Source: Octopus vulgaris
Taxonomy: Eukaryota
NCBI GenBank assembly: GCA_951406725.2
Contig: OX597832.1
Coordinates: forward strand, 8,556,001 to 8,620,000
Length of the DNA stretch: 64,000 bases
Reading direction: 5' to 3'
Shown here: one piece after another, positions 40,020-55,075 of the stretch
Numbering within the stretch: the stretch's first letter is position 1
How the letters are laid out: every line of letters starts with the position of its first letter
The notes under the pieces: model-generated
The model's input: the letters and a program-made list of their open reading frames with translations, nothing else
Databases searched by the model: none
Told to the model about the DNA's origin: nothing
Translations under genes and position numbers: made by a program

Positions 40020-40640
40020 ATATTATAGCAAAATTTTTCAATAAGATACTAACCTGAAAATTAACTACCAGTCAAATCAAAATAATTAACGCCATGTCTA
40101 TAATTACAAAACAGAAGAATCATCCGGATCACAACCCTTATATCCCCCTTTTCATTAATTAAACTGCTGACTAAATCACAAACCTATATTGATACTACGG
40201 AAAAACTACAAAGACATTTGTTTTCTATGGATGACATAAATTATTTACCGGAGACAACACGGTTTGCAAGGCGGCTAAAAATCGTTCTTTAATTCTAGCA
40301 AGACATAAACATGATTAGGGAATTACAGAAATGTGCCAAACCAAGTATAATAAGAGGCAAATTCACTTAAGCTAAAAACATTTAATTTAACACAGACAAC
40401 GAAATCAGTGAAATAGACCAGAACCAGTCACACAAATACTTATCAGTAGACGAAGCTGATGGGACTTAACACGCTGAAATAAAATAGAAAATTAGAAAAG
40501 ATTATTACCGAAGAGTCTGAAGTAAATACTAGAAACGAGACAATAGAAATAAAAACATTAGCCCTCCCAGTTATATAACTACATCGTCAACAACATAAAA
40601 CAATGTTATGCGATTTGAGAAATTTAGAGAGAAACAAATC
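40020..40640 (+). mobile_element. Highly degenerate R4/Dong-like RT fragment
   Basis: FSMDDI (YMDD-like), QKCAK, HKYL, RKDYYRRV, IKTLALPV. Confidence 0.65.
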
Positions 40641-40739
40641 CCAAAATAGCGAAGCAAAATAACGGTGTTCCAAATACACGAACAGTAAACGTAGCGATAC
40701 CTATACCGCGTGTCAATGCTGCTGAAGATAAGGCTACCT

Positions 40740-41180
40740 CGCGCTGCCACTTTCTCTATTGCGACGTAAGACTGCGAGTCGTGGACAATGTTGAAGGCAG
40801 ATGAGAAAAGAGTGAGCAGTTTTGAAATGTGGCGTTTGCGCAGAATCCTTGGAGTGTTATGGGCGCAGAGAAGGATGAAAATCTGGGTACTAGAAAAGCT
40901 TGGTTACGAGATAACGCTTCGGCGAAACATCACGAAGCGGAAGTTGCGGTTCTTTGGCCAGGTCATGCGCCGGGATGGATTTGAGCGAACGATCATAACT
41001 GGCAAGGTGAACGGCAGATGTAAAAGAGGCAGACCACCCACTTCTAGGCTGAAAGATATCGCAGCCACAGGAATGTCTTTATGCTCAGCTGTCCATGGGG
41101 TAGAGGACAGGAGAAAGTAGCAAGACATCTTGATGACCACATCATCACATAGCGTGACACCTGACTAGGATGATGATGAC
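40740..41180 (+). mobile_element. RTE-clade LINE 3' end
   Basis: CESWTMLKADEKRVSSFEMWRLRRILGVLW..KRKLRFFGQVMRR..GKVNGRCKRGRP; (gat)n tail at 41169-41179. Confidence 0.9.
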
Positions 41181-41598
41181 TTATACCGCACAGAGTGAGT
41201 ATGGCCTGACACAAATGGAAAATTACGAGAAATAAAGACTAAAACGCTTATTCTGATTTCTTGCTAAGCATCAATATAACAACAAGCGTGAGACAAATGA
41301 AAATGAGATAATTGTCTGCGGTTGTTAGAAGGCTAGGGAACTGGCAGACTGGTTATTCAACCTGTTTTAGTAACGAACTCTTTTAGTGTTGTCCAGTTTG
41401 GCACTGGAGGCAAGCATACACGCGTGCAAAAATATGCACATATAGGTAGAGAGAACGACAGGAAGGGATACATTACTATTTATGAGTGAATTTCGATGAG
41501 TAAAACATCTCTCACCTTCTCCAATTAAATATACGCACACATACACACACAAACACACACAAACACGCACGCACGCACGCACACACACACACACATAC

Positions 41599-41652
<54 letters not shown>

Positions 41653-42699
41653 TTTCACTTGTTTCAGTCATTTGAATTACGGCGTAAAACATACTAACAT
41701 CTGTCTTCAAGCTATGATTTGGGGACAAACACAGACACAAAGATACACACATATACGCACCCCCCCCACACACACGCATATATATATATATATTAGTATA
41801 TATATATATATTAGTATATATATATATATAAAGAGAGAGAGAGAGGGAGAGGGAGAGAAAGAAAGAGAGAATTAGGAAAAGGAAAGTTTAAAATATATTA
41901 AATGGCCTAGTGGCCCGATTGCCACAAAACTGTTTCGTATTCACATATCCAAAACACAAACACATTAACAAATTGAGTGTGAAAGTGAGACGTGTCATTT
42001 CATATACCGTAATATTTATCTCTCTCGTTCTCACTTTCTCAGACGCTCTCCTTTAAGCTCCGTCTCCAAATTTCCCGCTCCGAGCACTAACATTTACATT
42101 CACAGTTAGTTCTACTTCGTTAGACATGTATAGAAATCCATTATGAGAATTTTTGTTTTTCGTGTTTCTTCAATGCTTCTCCTATCTCAACTGTATACAA
42201 GGTGAAACATAAATCTAAATTACGTTTAGTAATTGAGTAATTTGGATGTGGTTACAAACTTGTTGTCAACTAGTATGAACATTTAACGCTCACGGTGCAA
42301 AGAGATTCTAGGTTTGTGATGTCAAATTAACGGTATCAAAAAGTATCATACTAAAGGCATATGTTTTGCTCTATCACCAACCGACAGAAATTGTAAAGTG
42401 CAAATCGTGGTGTATATACAAGACACAAACATACCACAGATAAGTTTGTAATCAACGTTTTTCAAATGCTGTACAGCAGATGAAACTGTCAAATAACAAA
42501 AGATGACAAAATGGCAGGAAAACATAAGGAATGCTAGATGTTAAAAGAACGAATTTATAGCTAGAAGAATTCAGTATGAATTTGATTTTGTTATAATGTC
42601 AAATAACAATGACACACAACTATGTGAAAAAAAGAAAGAAGGGTCGTTGAAAAAGATCATCAACAACAAACCACTAAACGTAAGTATAGTAAAACATTA

Positions 42700-44600
42700 G
42701 GTTTATATATTTTTGCCATCAGATGCAGTTGATATATGTCGGTGACCATGTTGCGTATATGTGTCGAAAGCTGGTATGTTTAAAGAAACATACGGGGCCT
42801 GAATATGATAGATAACTGTGCTTAAATAACCTACAATGGTTTCCTTCAAACACACAGTAACAACCGCTTCGAATGTCATGCGCTTAGCACCGCATGTATA
42901 TGCGTAACGTACGAAATTCAACGTCGCTGTAAATGATGGCTGTCTTACATCGTAAGAAATTCCTGGAAACCTCACATATTTAGGATTGCAAACCTCCCTC
43001 AGGAATATTGAAGGTTTTCTTTACTAAAAGGTGTTTTAAATTTAAATTGATACTAATGCTATAAAAATTGCTCGTGCAAAGCGAATCATAATATTGCACA
43101 TATTGTTGCATCAACATACCGAGCAATCATAGAGGACTTTTTCGATATACATCTATTAAAGAAATCGACAGCATTTCAGTCATACCATTGCAGTGTCTTG
43201 AAAAATGAACATCTGATCCTACAATAGATCGGCAGTGGTGATCACTGTGACCTGGGCATTTAAGCTTTGTAGATCTCATCTCTCCCCTATGTCTGACCGC
43301 AGTTGTTACTTTTCTACAAAGAACCTTTCTTCAGAAGATGAATCGAATCGACACTTCTTCTGATTTGGTAATTTATTCATTGGTTGTAAAGGGGGTAAAA
43401 GGAACTGATGGCGTCCGCATGTTTCGAACTCAGAATGCAGAGAAGAATAAATGAAAACATTATAATCTATCCGATGGTATACCAACAATGTCACCCCATT
43501 GAATAACTAGCAAATCAAGAGATTTTTTCTAATGATATTCAACAAAGAATTCACATGATACTCCAAACAGAAAGTACCATATTACAAAATACAACCTACA
43601 TGAAGTGGTGTAAGGCTAGGTGTACCATATGTAAATGGAAAAAATCAACCTCAAGATCTTGATACACAGGTGTCATTATCCATGCTATTATTCCAGCATT
43701 GGATACAAATGTGCTCATGCAGATTGCATATGCAATTTCTCGTATATCTGGCATCACGCAGATCTAGTAGAAAGGAAATATGATTGTTCCAAATTTCTAA
43801 TTGTTCCTGTTTTGTAGTCGGTGTACTGTTACAGCTTGTACACATTGACCAATGAAATTATTCTCGATTCTTCTGAGTGTGTTCGTGGCACTGTATCAGT
43901 ATGTGCCTTTGTTGGCATACCATAACTCCCATTCTTCCAGTATTCTATATGTTGACATCTAGTTTGTAACTCGGAATGCAGATCTGCCTATGGTTTTAAA
44001 TATATGTGCACCGTATCTTACCCATTTAAGTTGTACGGGGCTTATCATGTCTTCAATGCCAGTACTATATCCTCACAATTATTATTGTGAGGAAATTATT
44101 CATAATAATAATTGTGATGAGAGATGAGAGAAGCGCCTATGGTATTTACATGCCATCTTACATTAATGAAATTGATATGTTTATATTCGAACGTCTGTAG
44201 CTTACTTTATGCAAAACCAAATATTGGCAACGAAAGTGATTTCTGGTGCATAATACCTGTGGAAAAAGACAGGATGAAGTATTTATTGGTGGACCGAACA
44301 CTAAAAACTCTTTGAATTACAAGCAATTAACTGATTGTAGACGCGATTATTATTTTTGTTCAACTCCTTCAATACTTCTTTGTTCAGTGTTTGTTCAGAT
44401 GTCAGTTTGAGATTTAGCACCCTAATGTTCAAAGAGTATCAGTATGATGCCACTGAACCAGCCAATGTAATATTTTGTCATAGGACTTCAGAAATATTGT
44501 GGAGGATTAGACTGAGATTTATAGAGGAGTGTTCGATTATTGGGCTGTAACGATTGTGGTCGTTATATCGTGCACGTTGCGTTTGATGATATTGTTGTCT
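42700..44600 (-). pseudogene. Protocadherin-like ectodomain relic
   Basis: VHDI(fs)NDH..SINLSL..ISE and LKL..LNKE (~44580-44370); ORF 42703-42975 has DVRQPSFTATL, VVTVCLKETIVGYLSTVIYHI (spacing of VxTVxAxDxDxGxNxxVxYxI) and FDTYTQ..ISTASDGK. Confidence 0.45.
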
Positions 44601-44911
44601 AGCCTATGAGCAAACAGATATGTGATTAAAGCAATACCATCTACGACAAGGCTATTGATTTTGCACTTTGTAGGATTAAAACATAAGCGGAGAAATGGGT
44701 ATTGTCTTGAGGATAGAATGGCTTGTGACTATCATTCCAACTTTCAACGCTCATTATTCAATTTGCACCAAAGTCAACATTATCGTTAGGGATCGATGAT
44801 CCAAGTACCAAACCAGTCTATTTTCTGTTTTTTAGGCTCTCTACTTTTATATCTGAAAGTAATCGGCTATGACCAATCCAGTTGAAGAATGTGTTCAGCC
44901 AAGCTTAGGTA

Positions 44912-45322
44912 CACCTACTATATGGCTCAGAAACCTGGACATTATCAAAGAAGGTTGAGAGGCGGTTGGATGGAATCTACATTCGCCTCCTTATGAGAGT
45001 TCAAAATCTCTCGTGGAGGCGCCATCCAACTAAAATGCAAATATATGGGAAACTACGACCTGTGTCATCTCTTGTGAAAGGTAAGAGAGTCCAGTTTGCT
45101 GGACATTGTTGTAGAGCTGAAAAAGAGGTAATTTCTACTCTTCTCCTCTGGAAATCATCTACTCGCAATACCAGAGGGCGCACACTCTCCTACCTTGATG
45201 TAATCTCCAGGGATACAGGCATCCAGCAACAGGACCTCCGTAATGCCATGATGGACCGAGAAGTCTGGCGTAGCATAGTAAATTCCATTGTCTTGACCAC
45301 GGTCGAACAATGATGATGATGA
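44912..45322 (+). mobile_element. RTE-clade LINE 3' end, well preserved
   Basis: LLYGSETWTLSKKVERRLDGIYIRLLMRVQNLSW..FAGHCCR..MMDREVWR..EQ* followed by (tga)n tail; 5'-truncated. Confidence 0.9.
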
Positions 45323-48152
45323 CATCTGAGGCGTATTATAGTATGACGGTGTCCTTAAGAGTGCATAAACTGTTTAGGGCAGCGTATGATATTAAGGAGT
45401 CACATATATTTTTCTTCGTTCTTTGTTGGATTTTCATTCACATTCTACTTCAACAGCCACTGACATACACAAAGTTCAATTTCAAAATCCCAAGATCTGC
45501 AATATCGATCTTAACAGTATACTCGTAGGAATGTACAAACTTCATGATTGGGTGTCTCTTTCTCAAACTTATTAAGAAAAACAGAACCTAGATGGTCTGC
45601 GCTATCAAAATATCTTGTTACAAATGATTGCTTTCATTAATTCTTCCTGGAATAAAAACACTGGGCTAGCCACTTTATTGAATTTAAATATAAATTACAT
45701 TTTTTTCTCTTAATCAGTCTTGACATTTTCATTTAAATTTCAAACTGATATATAGTTACTGTAATTACAAATATATTTTCTAGAAATAATATAATTTGAT
45801 AATTTTCATGATTAAAGTCTCTAGCGTTGATAACATTTACTTAACTAATTTGTATTTATTATGATTCAGGAAATTGTATAAGTTTTGCGCTGGTGGTGAG
45901 TAGAAGTTATGAAATTACTAATTATTGCTTCAGTATACCACACACACGCACGCACGGACTCCACACAAAATGTCTTCTAATTGTTTATTGAATGTAAATC
46001 GGGTCAATAAACATTGTGGCTATCAAAATATTGATGTTGTTATAGTTGTTCTTATTCTTGTTCTATAACCCTAGTTTGTTCAGATCGACTCGATCTTCAG
46101 TATGAAATTAAAATAAGTTTTACATATATGTCCATTTAAAACATTTTAAAGAATATCTGCAAACATTACGAATACCAGGTTTGCTAAATCATAGAGGTGA
46201 TTTGTAAGGGATTTCTTGAAAAACGATTTAGAGACAGCGTATTTCATTGATGTCCACAAATATATAAGGTGTTAAGCTCTGCTTTGTATCAAAACATTCA
46301 GAGTATGTCGATAAAAAATCTCTGAGACAGGCGTCAAAGCCGCCTTTTCCTCATTCGGATGTTTTTAATTCGTCAGACAGTTACTCTAATGACCAACTGA
46401 CCGAAATAATACTCTCGAATCGATAACTGATGGACAGTTAAGTGAAGTAGCTGAAAAGATTATATCGTCGAGATTTTTAATCCTGTATTATATATAAAAA
46501 AGCTCATGTTACATTACCTACTTGCTCATATGTGTATGTTCGTGCATTTGTTTCGTGTGTTAACGGAAAAATAATCCTTTCTACTACAAAAAGGCCACAT
46601 ATTTTTGAGTGAGGAGGTACAACTGTTACATCGAGATCTGCACTTACTTCACATGCCTCGCATAACCCAGCTCGGGGTAACATGTACTTCCCCATTATTC
46701 AGTTCTGTTGATTATGCTGCTACAAAACAATAAGGCTAGACCGTAAGCTACAAAACATATTTTCGAATGACTGGCAAGTATTTAATCAACAGACGCAGCA
46801 AATATTAGAACACAAACTCGCTGCTCTCTTTTACAATCTCTGTTTTTCGACAGATATATATCAACTATGATTCTCCTAAAACGTTAACTCCATACAGCGC
46901 ACCCATTCGTGATCCCCGTCTCTGAGAGTCTAGTAACATTTGATATCATATAATAAATACTTCATCCAGTCTTTTTCCACAGGTATTGTGCACCAGGAAT
47001 CACCTTGGTTGCAAATATTTAGTTTTGTATACAGCAAGCTACAGACGTTAGAATGTAAACATCAATTTCATTAATGTATGATGGCATGTAGATACCATAG
47101 GCGCTTCACTTATCTCTTCTATTTCACTCAGAAATAATGGTATAACTATGCGGATATTAGAAGTGAAAGATTATATGTGTTGCTATATACACAGCAGTTA
47201 ATGTTCACTAAGTATTCAGTCAACTTAAGTTTGAAAAGAAATCACAGAAAACAAAATAAGACTAGAATCGATTGGACAAGAAAGCAATGCTTTATATTCT
47301 TTCTGTAAATTCAAGATATTTCAAAGTTATATCAGTCTATCTTTTCGCCATTTGTATGGAATCCATCAGATATTCTAATATGTTTTTTAGAATTTAATTA
47401 GTTTCGATATTAGAAATATCTTTACATCATGAATTTTAGACTCAAAATTACATTTAATAATTCCTATTTTTAAAACCCGTTCACGTATCTGGTTATCATT
47501 AATTATTATTGCCAGAAAAATATATATTAATCAAAATTCTTTAATGTTGTTTTGCAGAAGTTCATATAGAAATTTTTAATGAGTAAGTGGATCATCATAA
47601 TTACCAAGCACACCATATTCGGTAGATTTTATTTATTATCTAAAATTCTAATTACAATTTATCGCCACGCTGTCTCGTAGAAACCGGATTCTCGAGTGTA
47701 ATGTGTCAAATGTACGAGATTATTTCAGTTTTATTGGCGGAATTTATGAACTAGTCTTGTTGTAAATTCGTCATTATTTATCAAACCTGTACTAGACCTC
47801 AACAGCTTTGATCATTAGTAAGACTTAGACGACTATAATTCTGTGTAGACTACAGGAATACAACGTAAATTTGTATACGACAGCACCCGATTTGACACTC
47901 ATTAATTCTCTGTTTAAGGAGTGAAGTATACAATTATTTCCAAATTATATACTTTAGTAGATTTGTACCAGCAGAGATAGGCAATTTTATTTGAAAGGTG
48001 ATATATGCTAATGTACAACACTTTCACATTTCGTATTTCTATTGTAAAGTACACTGTGTTTTGTTTAAACAATTATAATGTTCTAATTGTACAGACTATT
48101 GCAATATGTAACGTTGTATTTTGAATGGTTTAATGAAGGTAATGTTTTCAAA

Positions 48153-48318
48153 TTCTGGCACATTGCCGGCAAATTCGTTGGAGGGGGATATTTCATTTAC
48201 CTGAACCCAGTGCTCAATTGCTACTTCGTTTATCAACCCCTAATGACAAAGTATACATCAGTGGAATTTGAACTCAAAATATAAATACGGAGGGAAAAGC
48301 GCTAACGATTCTGCCTTA
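48153..48318 (-). mobile_element. SINE (OR-like), degenerate
   Basis: cccagtgctcaa..ttatcaacccc..ggaatttgaactca..gctaacgattctgcc. Confidence 0.65.
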
Positions 48319-48727
48319 AGGGTTTATGAATATCATATAGAATATGGTCTCACGCAAGAGTTAAATATAAATATTTATAGCTTGTTTATATTACCATTTG
48401 TATAAATCCCATTTATACAAATTCTTCAACTCGACAGCATTTTAATTGAATAAGAATTTGCATCAATTTTATCTCGTAAGAAACAATGACTGAAAATTAC
48501 TTCATCCTTGTTAACAGTAAGCAAATATAAAAAGGTATTTAAAGGTATTTTAAAGATAGCAGTGTGTCATATTTTCGCTGAAGTAATTATGATGATAATT
48601 GAATAATAGAGAGAAGGGCAAAGAGATTGAGAGTGTAGGTATATAAGTATGCCATTTATCAGAGGATTTATCTTTATTGAGCAAAACTACTACATCGTTT
48701 TCTTTATACACTTCTACATCAAATCAT

Positions 48728-48998
48728 GTGGAGGCACATGGCTTGGTGGTTATAAATGCGGATTGCGGTCGAGGGATTACGGCTTCGAATCCCAGCCCGG
48801 GAGATGTGCGGCTCCAGCAGAAAGTAATGGCGAACATCTGCTGACTCTTTCGCCACAACTTTCTCTCACTCTTTCCTCCTGCATCTTGCAGCTCACCTGC
48901 GATGGACTGGCGTCCCGTCCAGGTGGAGAATCTATGCGCCACGAAAACCGGGGAACCGGCCTTTATGAGCCTGGCGTGGCTCGAGAAGGAACAAACAA
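48728..48998 (+). mobile_element. tRNA-derived SINE
   Basis: A box tggcttggtgg and B box gcttcgaatccc; body shared with 54740-54900; aac tail. Confidence 0.75.
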
Positions 48999-50899
48999 TG
49001 TCGAATCTTATTCAGGGGACCTATAACGTAATGTTTGTTTACTATTATCATTGCAGCTCTTTCTTGGTATAGTGTATCTACGGCTACATAACTGAACCTT
49101 CATTTATTTTTTTAATAGTAAACTTTATTTCTGGCAGGACGTCCGAGCATCTAGTAGCCCATTTGTTAAACTCCTTCCGTCAACATCCATCTACGAATCT
49201 CAAGAAATCTGGTGACATCTAGCACGAGACTCCTAAAATCTTATACAAATGGACCTCATATTTATATCTACGCGAATAGAAATCTTACTGTTTAAAAATC
49301 AGTGCTGCAACTACTCTTTCTTTCTGAATCGAGCATATAACTCCAAACTAATACTAATTTCTTAATTTATGTTTTATCTGCGACGGTATTGCATCGTGTG
49401 TATGAAACAAGCAATATTTAATTTTTTTCAGAAGAGCTTTTTATGAATAATATACAGTGCAGTGTCAGTAATTGAACCAGATATTTCTGGACTAAACTGT
49501 AAAAATAGAATATTAAGCAATACCCGAAATAATAATTATATTGGCTCTTTCTCGAAGTAGTTTTAGCAATCATCTTCCTTTCAAATGAAATAATGAAGCG
49601 CTGTAAAATCAGTACATAACTTATGAAATGCTTTATAACGAACATTCTAGTAAAGTTCAAAATTAATGCAGGAATCTACAATTTAAAAGAAAATGTATAA
49701 CTACAAAAGGAAATATATGGCTACAGAGTTATTTAACAATTACAGCTTCAAGCGATAATTTAAGCCTCATGATAATCCTTGCTGTTCGAACATTGTTGTG
49801 AAATATAGACCTGGAACACAATTTCATACAACAATTCTTCTATTATTGAAGTAATTTTCCTACAATGAATAAATATATACTACGTTTTCAGAGACCAAGA
49901 CCTACTTATGAACTGATCAATGATATATTGAAACCTAAGATTTTTGTACTTTATATGTGTTAGTGTTTGCATCAGTGAGCAGAACCTCGCTAAGAGACGA
50001 GCAGGCAGCAGAGAAAATCTTCAGAGGAAGGAATCCTGTGAAACAATTCTTTCGGACAGGTAGTTCCTCTCTGTCTAATGGAGCAAGACTAGATAGTGGC
50101 TCCTTGGTGTCTTCCTGCTGTTGTTTTAATGCCACCATCAGTGGAGATTGCATTCAAACCTTTTCAGTGTGCTTATTGCTCAGCCACACTAACAACCACA
50201 TGGAATTTTCAGACTGCACTTCCTTCCTCCAACATTTAGTGACTTACTTTATCCCTTTCAGATCGATCTGTTATGCCTTTTCGCCAGTAACAATATTGAG
50301 GTATTCTCATCTGCCACCGATATGCATTTCATTGTCGTAATTCGATGGCGACCCTTTATTCCAAGCTAACCTGTTACTTGAACCAAGAGTGCTGTGACAA
50401 ACACCTGCGTGCCATCTTCTACCGCACTTAATGTTCATCGGGACACCTCATTTAATATTTCTTTCAACAGGCCATCACAATTTTTTATCCTGAATTGAAT
50501 TATTCCTCTTCTCGCCTCCTAGAATTTCAATTCAAGATGAATCTGGAGCCTGAGTTTCACCATAGCTGGTCTTTGTCCTTTTGTACTGAAAATATTTGGA
50601 TAGTTTTCACGCCAGCCTAGGAGGTCTGCATATATTTACTATTCCATTTCAAATTTCAGCTGGTTTTATTATTAGTAATAATGAAAGCATGAAGACTCTA
50701 TCTACGAAAAATATTTATGTAGCAATGATAATCAATACGATTAGTCAAATATTAATGTTATAAAGTTTTATTCTAGAAGTACTTGAGAGAAATATGTATA
50801 TGCATCACTCCTATGCTGACATTATTAATGATGCATAGGCTCCTTCCTGCCAGGTTGCACAAGTTTACTATTGTTTTCTTCATGCGTTTAAACCAGAAG

Positions 50900-51480
50900 T
50901 GGTAAACCATTAGAGGTGAAATTCGTGTTCAATATTCGTTGGAACAATTAGCTTGTTTGATGTTTTCTTGTGATGTGTATGCTTCGCTTTACTTCGGTTA
51001 TTCTTCCACATAGAGATAGGAATACCAAATCATACAGGAATGAATTAGTGGCAAATAACTGTTATGACTTTTATCTGTAAGCTTTTAAATTTCTCTCTCC
51101 CTTCGAGTGTGTGCTAATGCGAAATCTGTTTCTCAAAATTATACTGTACACCTCACTGGATATGAAAGCAACAGGCAGCACTTAGCATATGTGCAAGAAA
51201 AAGCTGGATGATGGAATTTTGTGGTACATGCTTAGCAATACGCCACGGAATTTATAATATTAATTGGTCAATATGTATATCAGACAATTTAATAGATTTT
51301 GTCGTGGATTCCTTACCGTTTGAATTAGACATGCTCACTGCTTCTATTGCGGCTTTCGGCAAAAATGTGAAATTCTGAAACTTCGGAGAATGAGTGACAC
51401 ATTTCACATTTCGATCGCATAAAATTTCGTTTGTTTTCTTTTCTCTTGACCATGGGCATAATTTATCATCTACACACATT
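50900..51480 (-). pseudogene. Protocadherin-like relic (EC1-EC2)
   Basis: ORF 51252-51479: DKL..NEILCDRNVKC (cf. recalled octopus EC1 GKLYT..LDAExLCxxNxEC), FLPKAAIE..NGKE..SI; downstream TLEGREKFKSLQIK (LDRE..YxLQ-like). Confidence 0.5.
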
Positions 51481-52477
51481 TAACTAGCTTATTGGATTTA
51501 AATGTTTATAATTGTACTTGTAAGAGTAATATTCAATGAAGGTGTATTGTTTTGTTTGGCTTTTCTTTGAACCTGGATAAGAGAAAAAATTCTTACGTAT
51601 TTATGTCCCATCATCTATAAGGAAAGAGTGTAATAAGTTTAGATGAATATTTCAAAGATATTCTAATCGTAAATTGAAAGTAATTTATATCGAATAACAT
51701 CGTGCATATTTTTTGGCTAAATTAAAATGAATAATTGATTTAATGTGATTTGCGTAACACGAAATGCTGATATTGCTTCGATTCTCTTGATATGCAATAT
51801 ATGTCTCTCCCAATTTGAATGTGAACATTAATTACTAAGCTTTCTAAAAGTGTTAGATGCTTTTGTTTGTATTTCATTGACGATTGAATGCTATTGTTGA
51901 TTCCATTGAGCATTTGGAATTCAAATTCATTTAAGTTCTCTCAACTTTCATTTTAAGTAAGGACGCAGCTATCTAGAAATCTTTTCAAGTTCTCTTATGT
52001 ATTAATATGCTTGAAATAGATTTGCAATGTATAACGGATTCTCATCTATGTCTCTTCAACAGATGCTCCATGACTAATTTCAAACAGAAGGAAAATGTGC
52101 CACCCAAATGTGAGATTTGACATAAATTTCCCTACGATTCAGAATTCTGCTTTGAATAAAAGGCGTGCTTCAAGGTAAAGAAAACAATCACCGGCTGGGC
52201 CGGCCATAAAATCTATGTGCTCGTTCTTGCGGGAATATTATATCGGGCAAACCAGTTTCACCTTAAGAAAAGGATATTTGTTATTTTAAGCAAGTATATT
52301 TCAAGTTGATATAAGTGAACATAATTTCTGGGTATCATCAAACAATTGTTGAAGATAATTTTTGTGAAAGGGATGCATGTATGCGCACATGCATACGCAC
52401 AAAGCGAAAATACACCCACCCACACACGCACATTCACACACAAGCTTCCATATGTCCATATATATATATATATATAT

Positions 52478-53412
52478 ATTAGAGAAAAAGTACAAAAACC
52501 AAGGTAAGACGAGAATCTCAAGTGATTTACAATATTTAATTAGAATAAGGTGAATTTGAGGTAATTAATTAAATAGTTAATTAATTAATTATTGACAGTT
52601 GCTTATTTATTACAGTTGCTTCTGGGATATCCCAAGTGATAGGTTGGCATCTCCATACACTAGGTATTCCGTCATCAGAGACAAAATCGTAACGCCCGTC
52701 CACTCACCCAAAACCGACCCGAACGAAGAATAATTCTGCAATGTTATCTTTGACTTTGTTTTTCATTTATTATTTTGATTTTATATTACTTTGTCCCTAA
52801 TTCATTCTTTCTTGCTGCTCCTATTCCATTCCTTTCTTTACCCTCTTTCTCCTCTCCCTTCTACTCGCTCACTCATAACATGTATATCTATCATGATATT
52901 TGTCTTTCTCACTTTATATTCCCGCGTGGATCATTTTCATGGTAACTAACCATTTGATCTATCCCTTCAACACGAACGCAATATTCAAAATGCTGCCAAA
53001 ATACTGTCTGAATTTACCTGGGATTATACTAAAAGATCTATACCTTCACGGAAGTACGGACCAAACTCCATACCCTCTGAAAGATGAGCTGTGAACTTTA
53101 TTCTCCTGTCTGTATTCTTCTATCTGCTGTCTTACAATTTATTCTTGTATCTACTATTTTGTTCCTTCATAAACTGTGAAATCTTTGTCTAGAACTTTCA
53201 TTCATACTCACCTCGTCACTAATAACTGAATAGTCAGTGTATCGAGATGCAAAATTATGACTTTAGATAATCTAGAAACAGCTGTAAGAGTCCATTTATT
53301 AATTAACTAATTGATTAATTACCTCAAATTCACCTTACTCTAACTACATATTCTAAATCGCTTGAGATACTAGACCTGTCCTGGTTTTTGTTGTCCTTTT
53401 TGTCTCTAATAT
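52478..53412. mobile_element. Penelope-like element with ~200-bp inverted pLTR arms carrying degenerate hammerheads
   Basis: 52478-52683 is the reverse complement of ~53212-53412; left arm (minus) has CTGATGA..GAAGCaactGTA, right arm has CTAATAA..GAAACagctGTA; TA tracts flank. Confidence 0.78.
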
Positions 53413-53604
53413 ATACATGGTAACCCGGAAGTCTACTACGGATCCCTAGTTCTAGCCTCAGCTGAGAACTTGGATCCTAACGGACGACTAATTATAGCAC
53501 TTATACAGAGTACATATTCTTTCAGATCACTAGTGAAATTAACCCCTCATTTTCTTTATATATATATATATATATATATGTTTTAAATTAATACTAATAT
53601 TCAT

Positions 53605-53673
<69 letters not shown>

Positions 53674-53856
53674 CATATATATATATATTAAAGGATCAAT
53701 GGCGAAAATGACCAGCATGCTTGAAGTGCCGAGACTTTAATTATATACATATATATATATCATTGCTAATTTATCGTGTAACTTGCCTATAAAATGTTAT
53801 ATATGCTGACTACCTGATAAGAATTTTTAACGTGATTTCATCCTTATATTCTATTA

Positions 53857-53919
<63 letters not shown>

Positions 53920-54737
53920 CTTATGACCACCGGAAAACATCTGCCAAACTTAGAGATGCATTTATGATCCAGAAACATTAAAAACTTTTAGGTAAATCAC
54001 GAACGTGATTTTGTACTTTTTTGTAAAATGTTACGCTGAAATCAGAAAATACGTTTCATTAGTATGTAATTATGATGTAAAAGTATTAAACAATCTAGAT
54101 TCAAATTAATCAGTCGAATTACGCGTTCACAGCTCTGCTCATCATTAATTACGTTGAAAAAGTGATTCAGAACGTGCTATAAAAGAGATACCACATCCGT
54201 CTATAGTTTTTCACATATTCTGAGTTTCATTAATAAGACGATGCTTGATTTCCATATTCTTATCTGTACTGTTACTGATGAATGTTCTGATAATAATTCA
54301 TTCTGGCCCTACAGTTAGTTTACAAATTCATACCGGATGAGCTAAATACTGAAACATTTCAAAGGAGAGAATTTAAGGTAAAATTGCATACGCTATCCAT
54401 AAGTATTTCGTAGTAGCATTTTCCTTTTCATCTTCCCTGGCATTATACATGATAGGACTACTGGTTGCTTAATAATACAGTTATTCATAAACGTTTAGAA
54501 TGAGATTGCTAGCTTGTAATTACTGCTTCTTTAAAATTTGTTTAGCACTATTTCTATCACTTCCTCAAATGGTTACATGATATAGTGTATGGCCTTCATG
54601 CTATGTTAGTTTATGAAAAAAAAATCAAAAATTGGTTATCTTTTTCTGAAACCGTTTCTTTACAAGTGAAATGAAGGAAGGTGGTCTTAATATCAAGCTT
54701 GATATTCTTGTTTCTGAAGAATTATCTCGAAGAAGGT

Positions 54738-55075
54738 GGAGCTGCGGTCAGTGGATCGCGGTGTCGATTCCCAGACCGGGCGTTTTGAGTATTTATTGAG
54801 GGAAACACCCAAAGCTCCACTAGGCTCCGGCAGGGGATGTTGGCGAACCCTGCTGTGCTCTTTCGCCACAATTTTCTCTCACTCTTACTTCCTGTTTCTG
54901 CTATGCCTGTAATTCAAAGGGCCAGCCTTTTCACACTCCGTGTCACGCTGAATATCCCCGAGAACTACGTTAAGGGTACACGTGTCTTGCACGTTAATTT
55001 CGCGAGTAGGCTCTTCCGTTGATCGCATCAAGTGGAACCCTCGTTGTCGTAAGCGACGGAGTGCCAGCAACAACA
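54738..55075 (+). mobile_element. tRNA-derived SINE
   Basis: B box gtgtcgattccc; body homologous to 48728-48890; ends gccagcaacaac. Confidence 0.75.
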
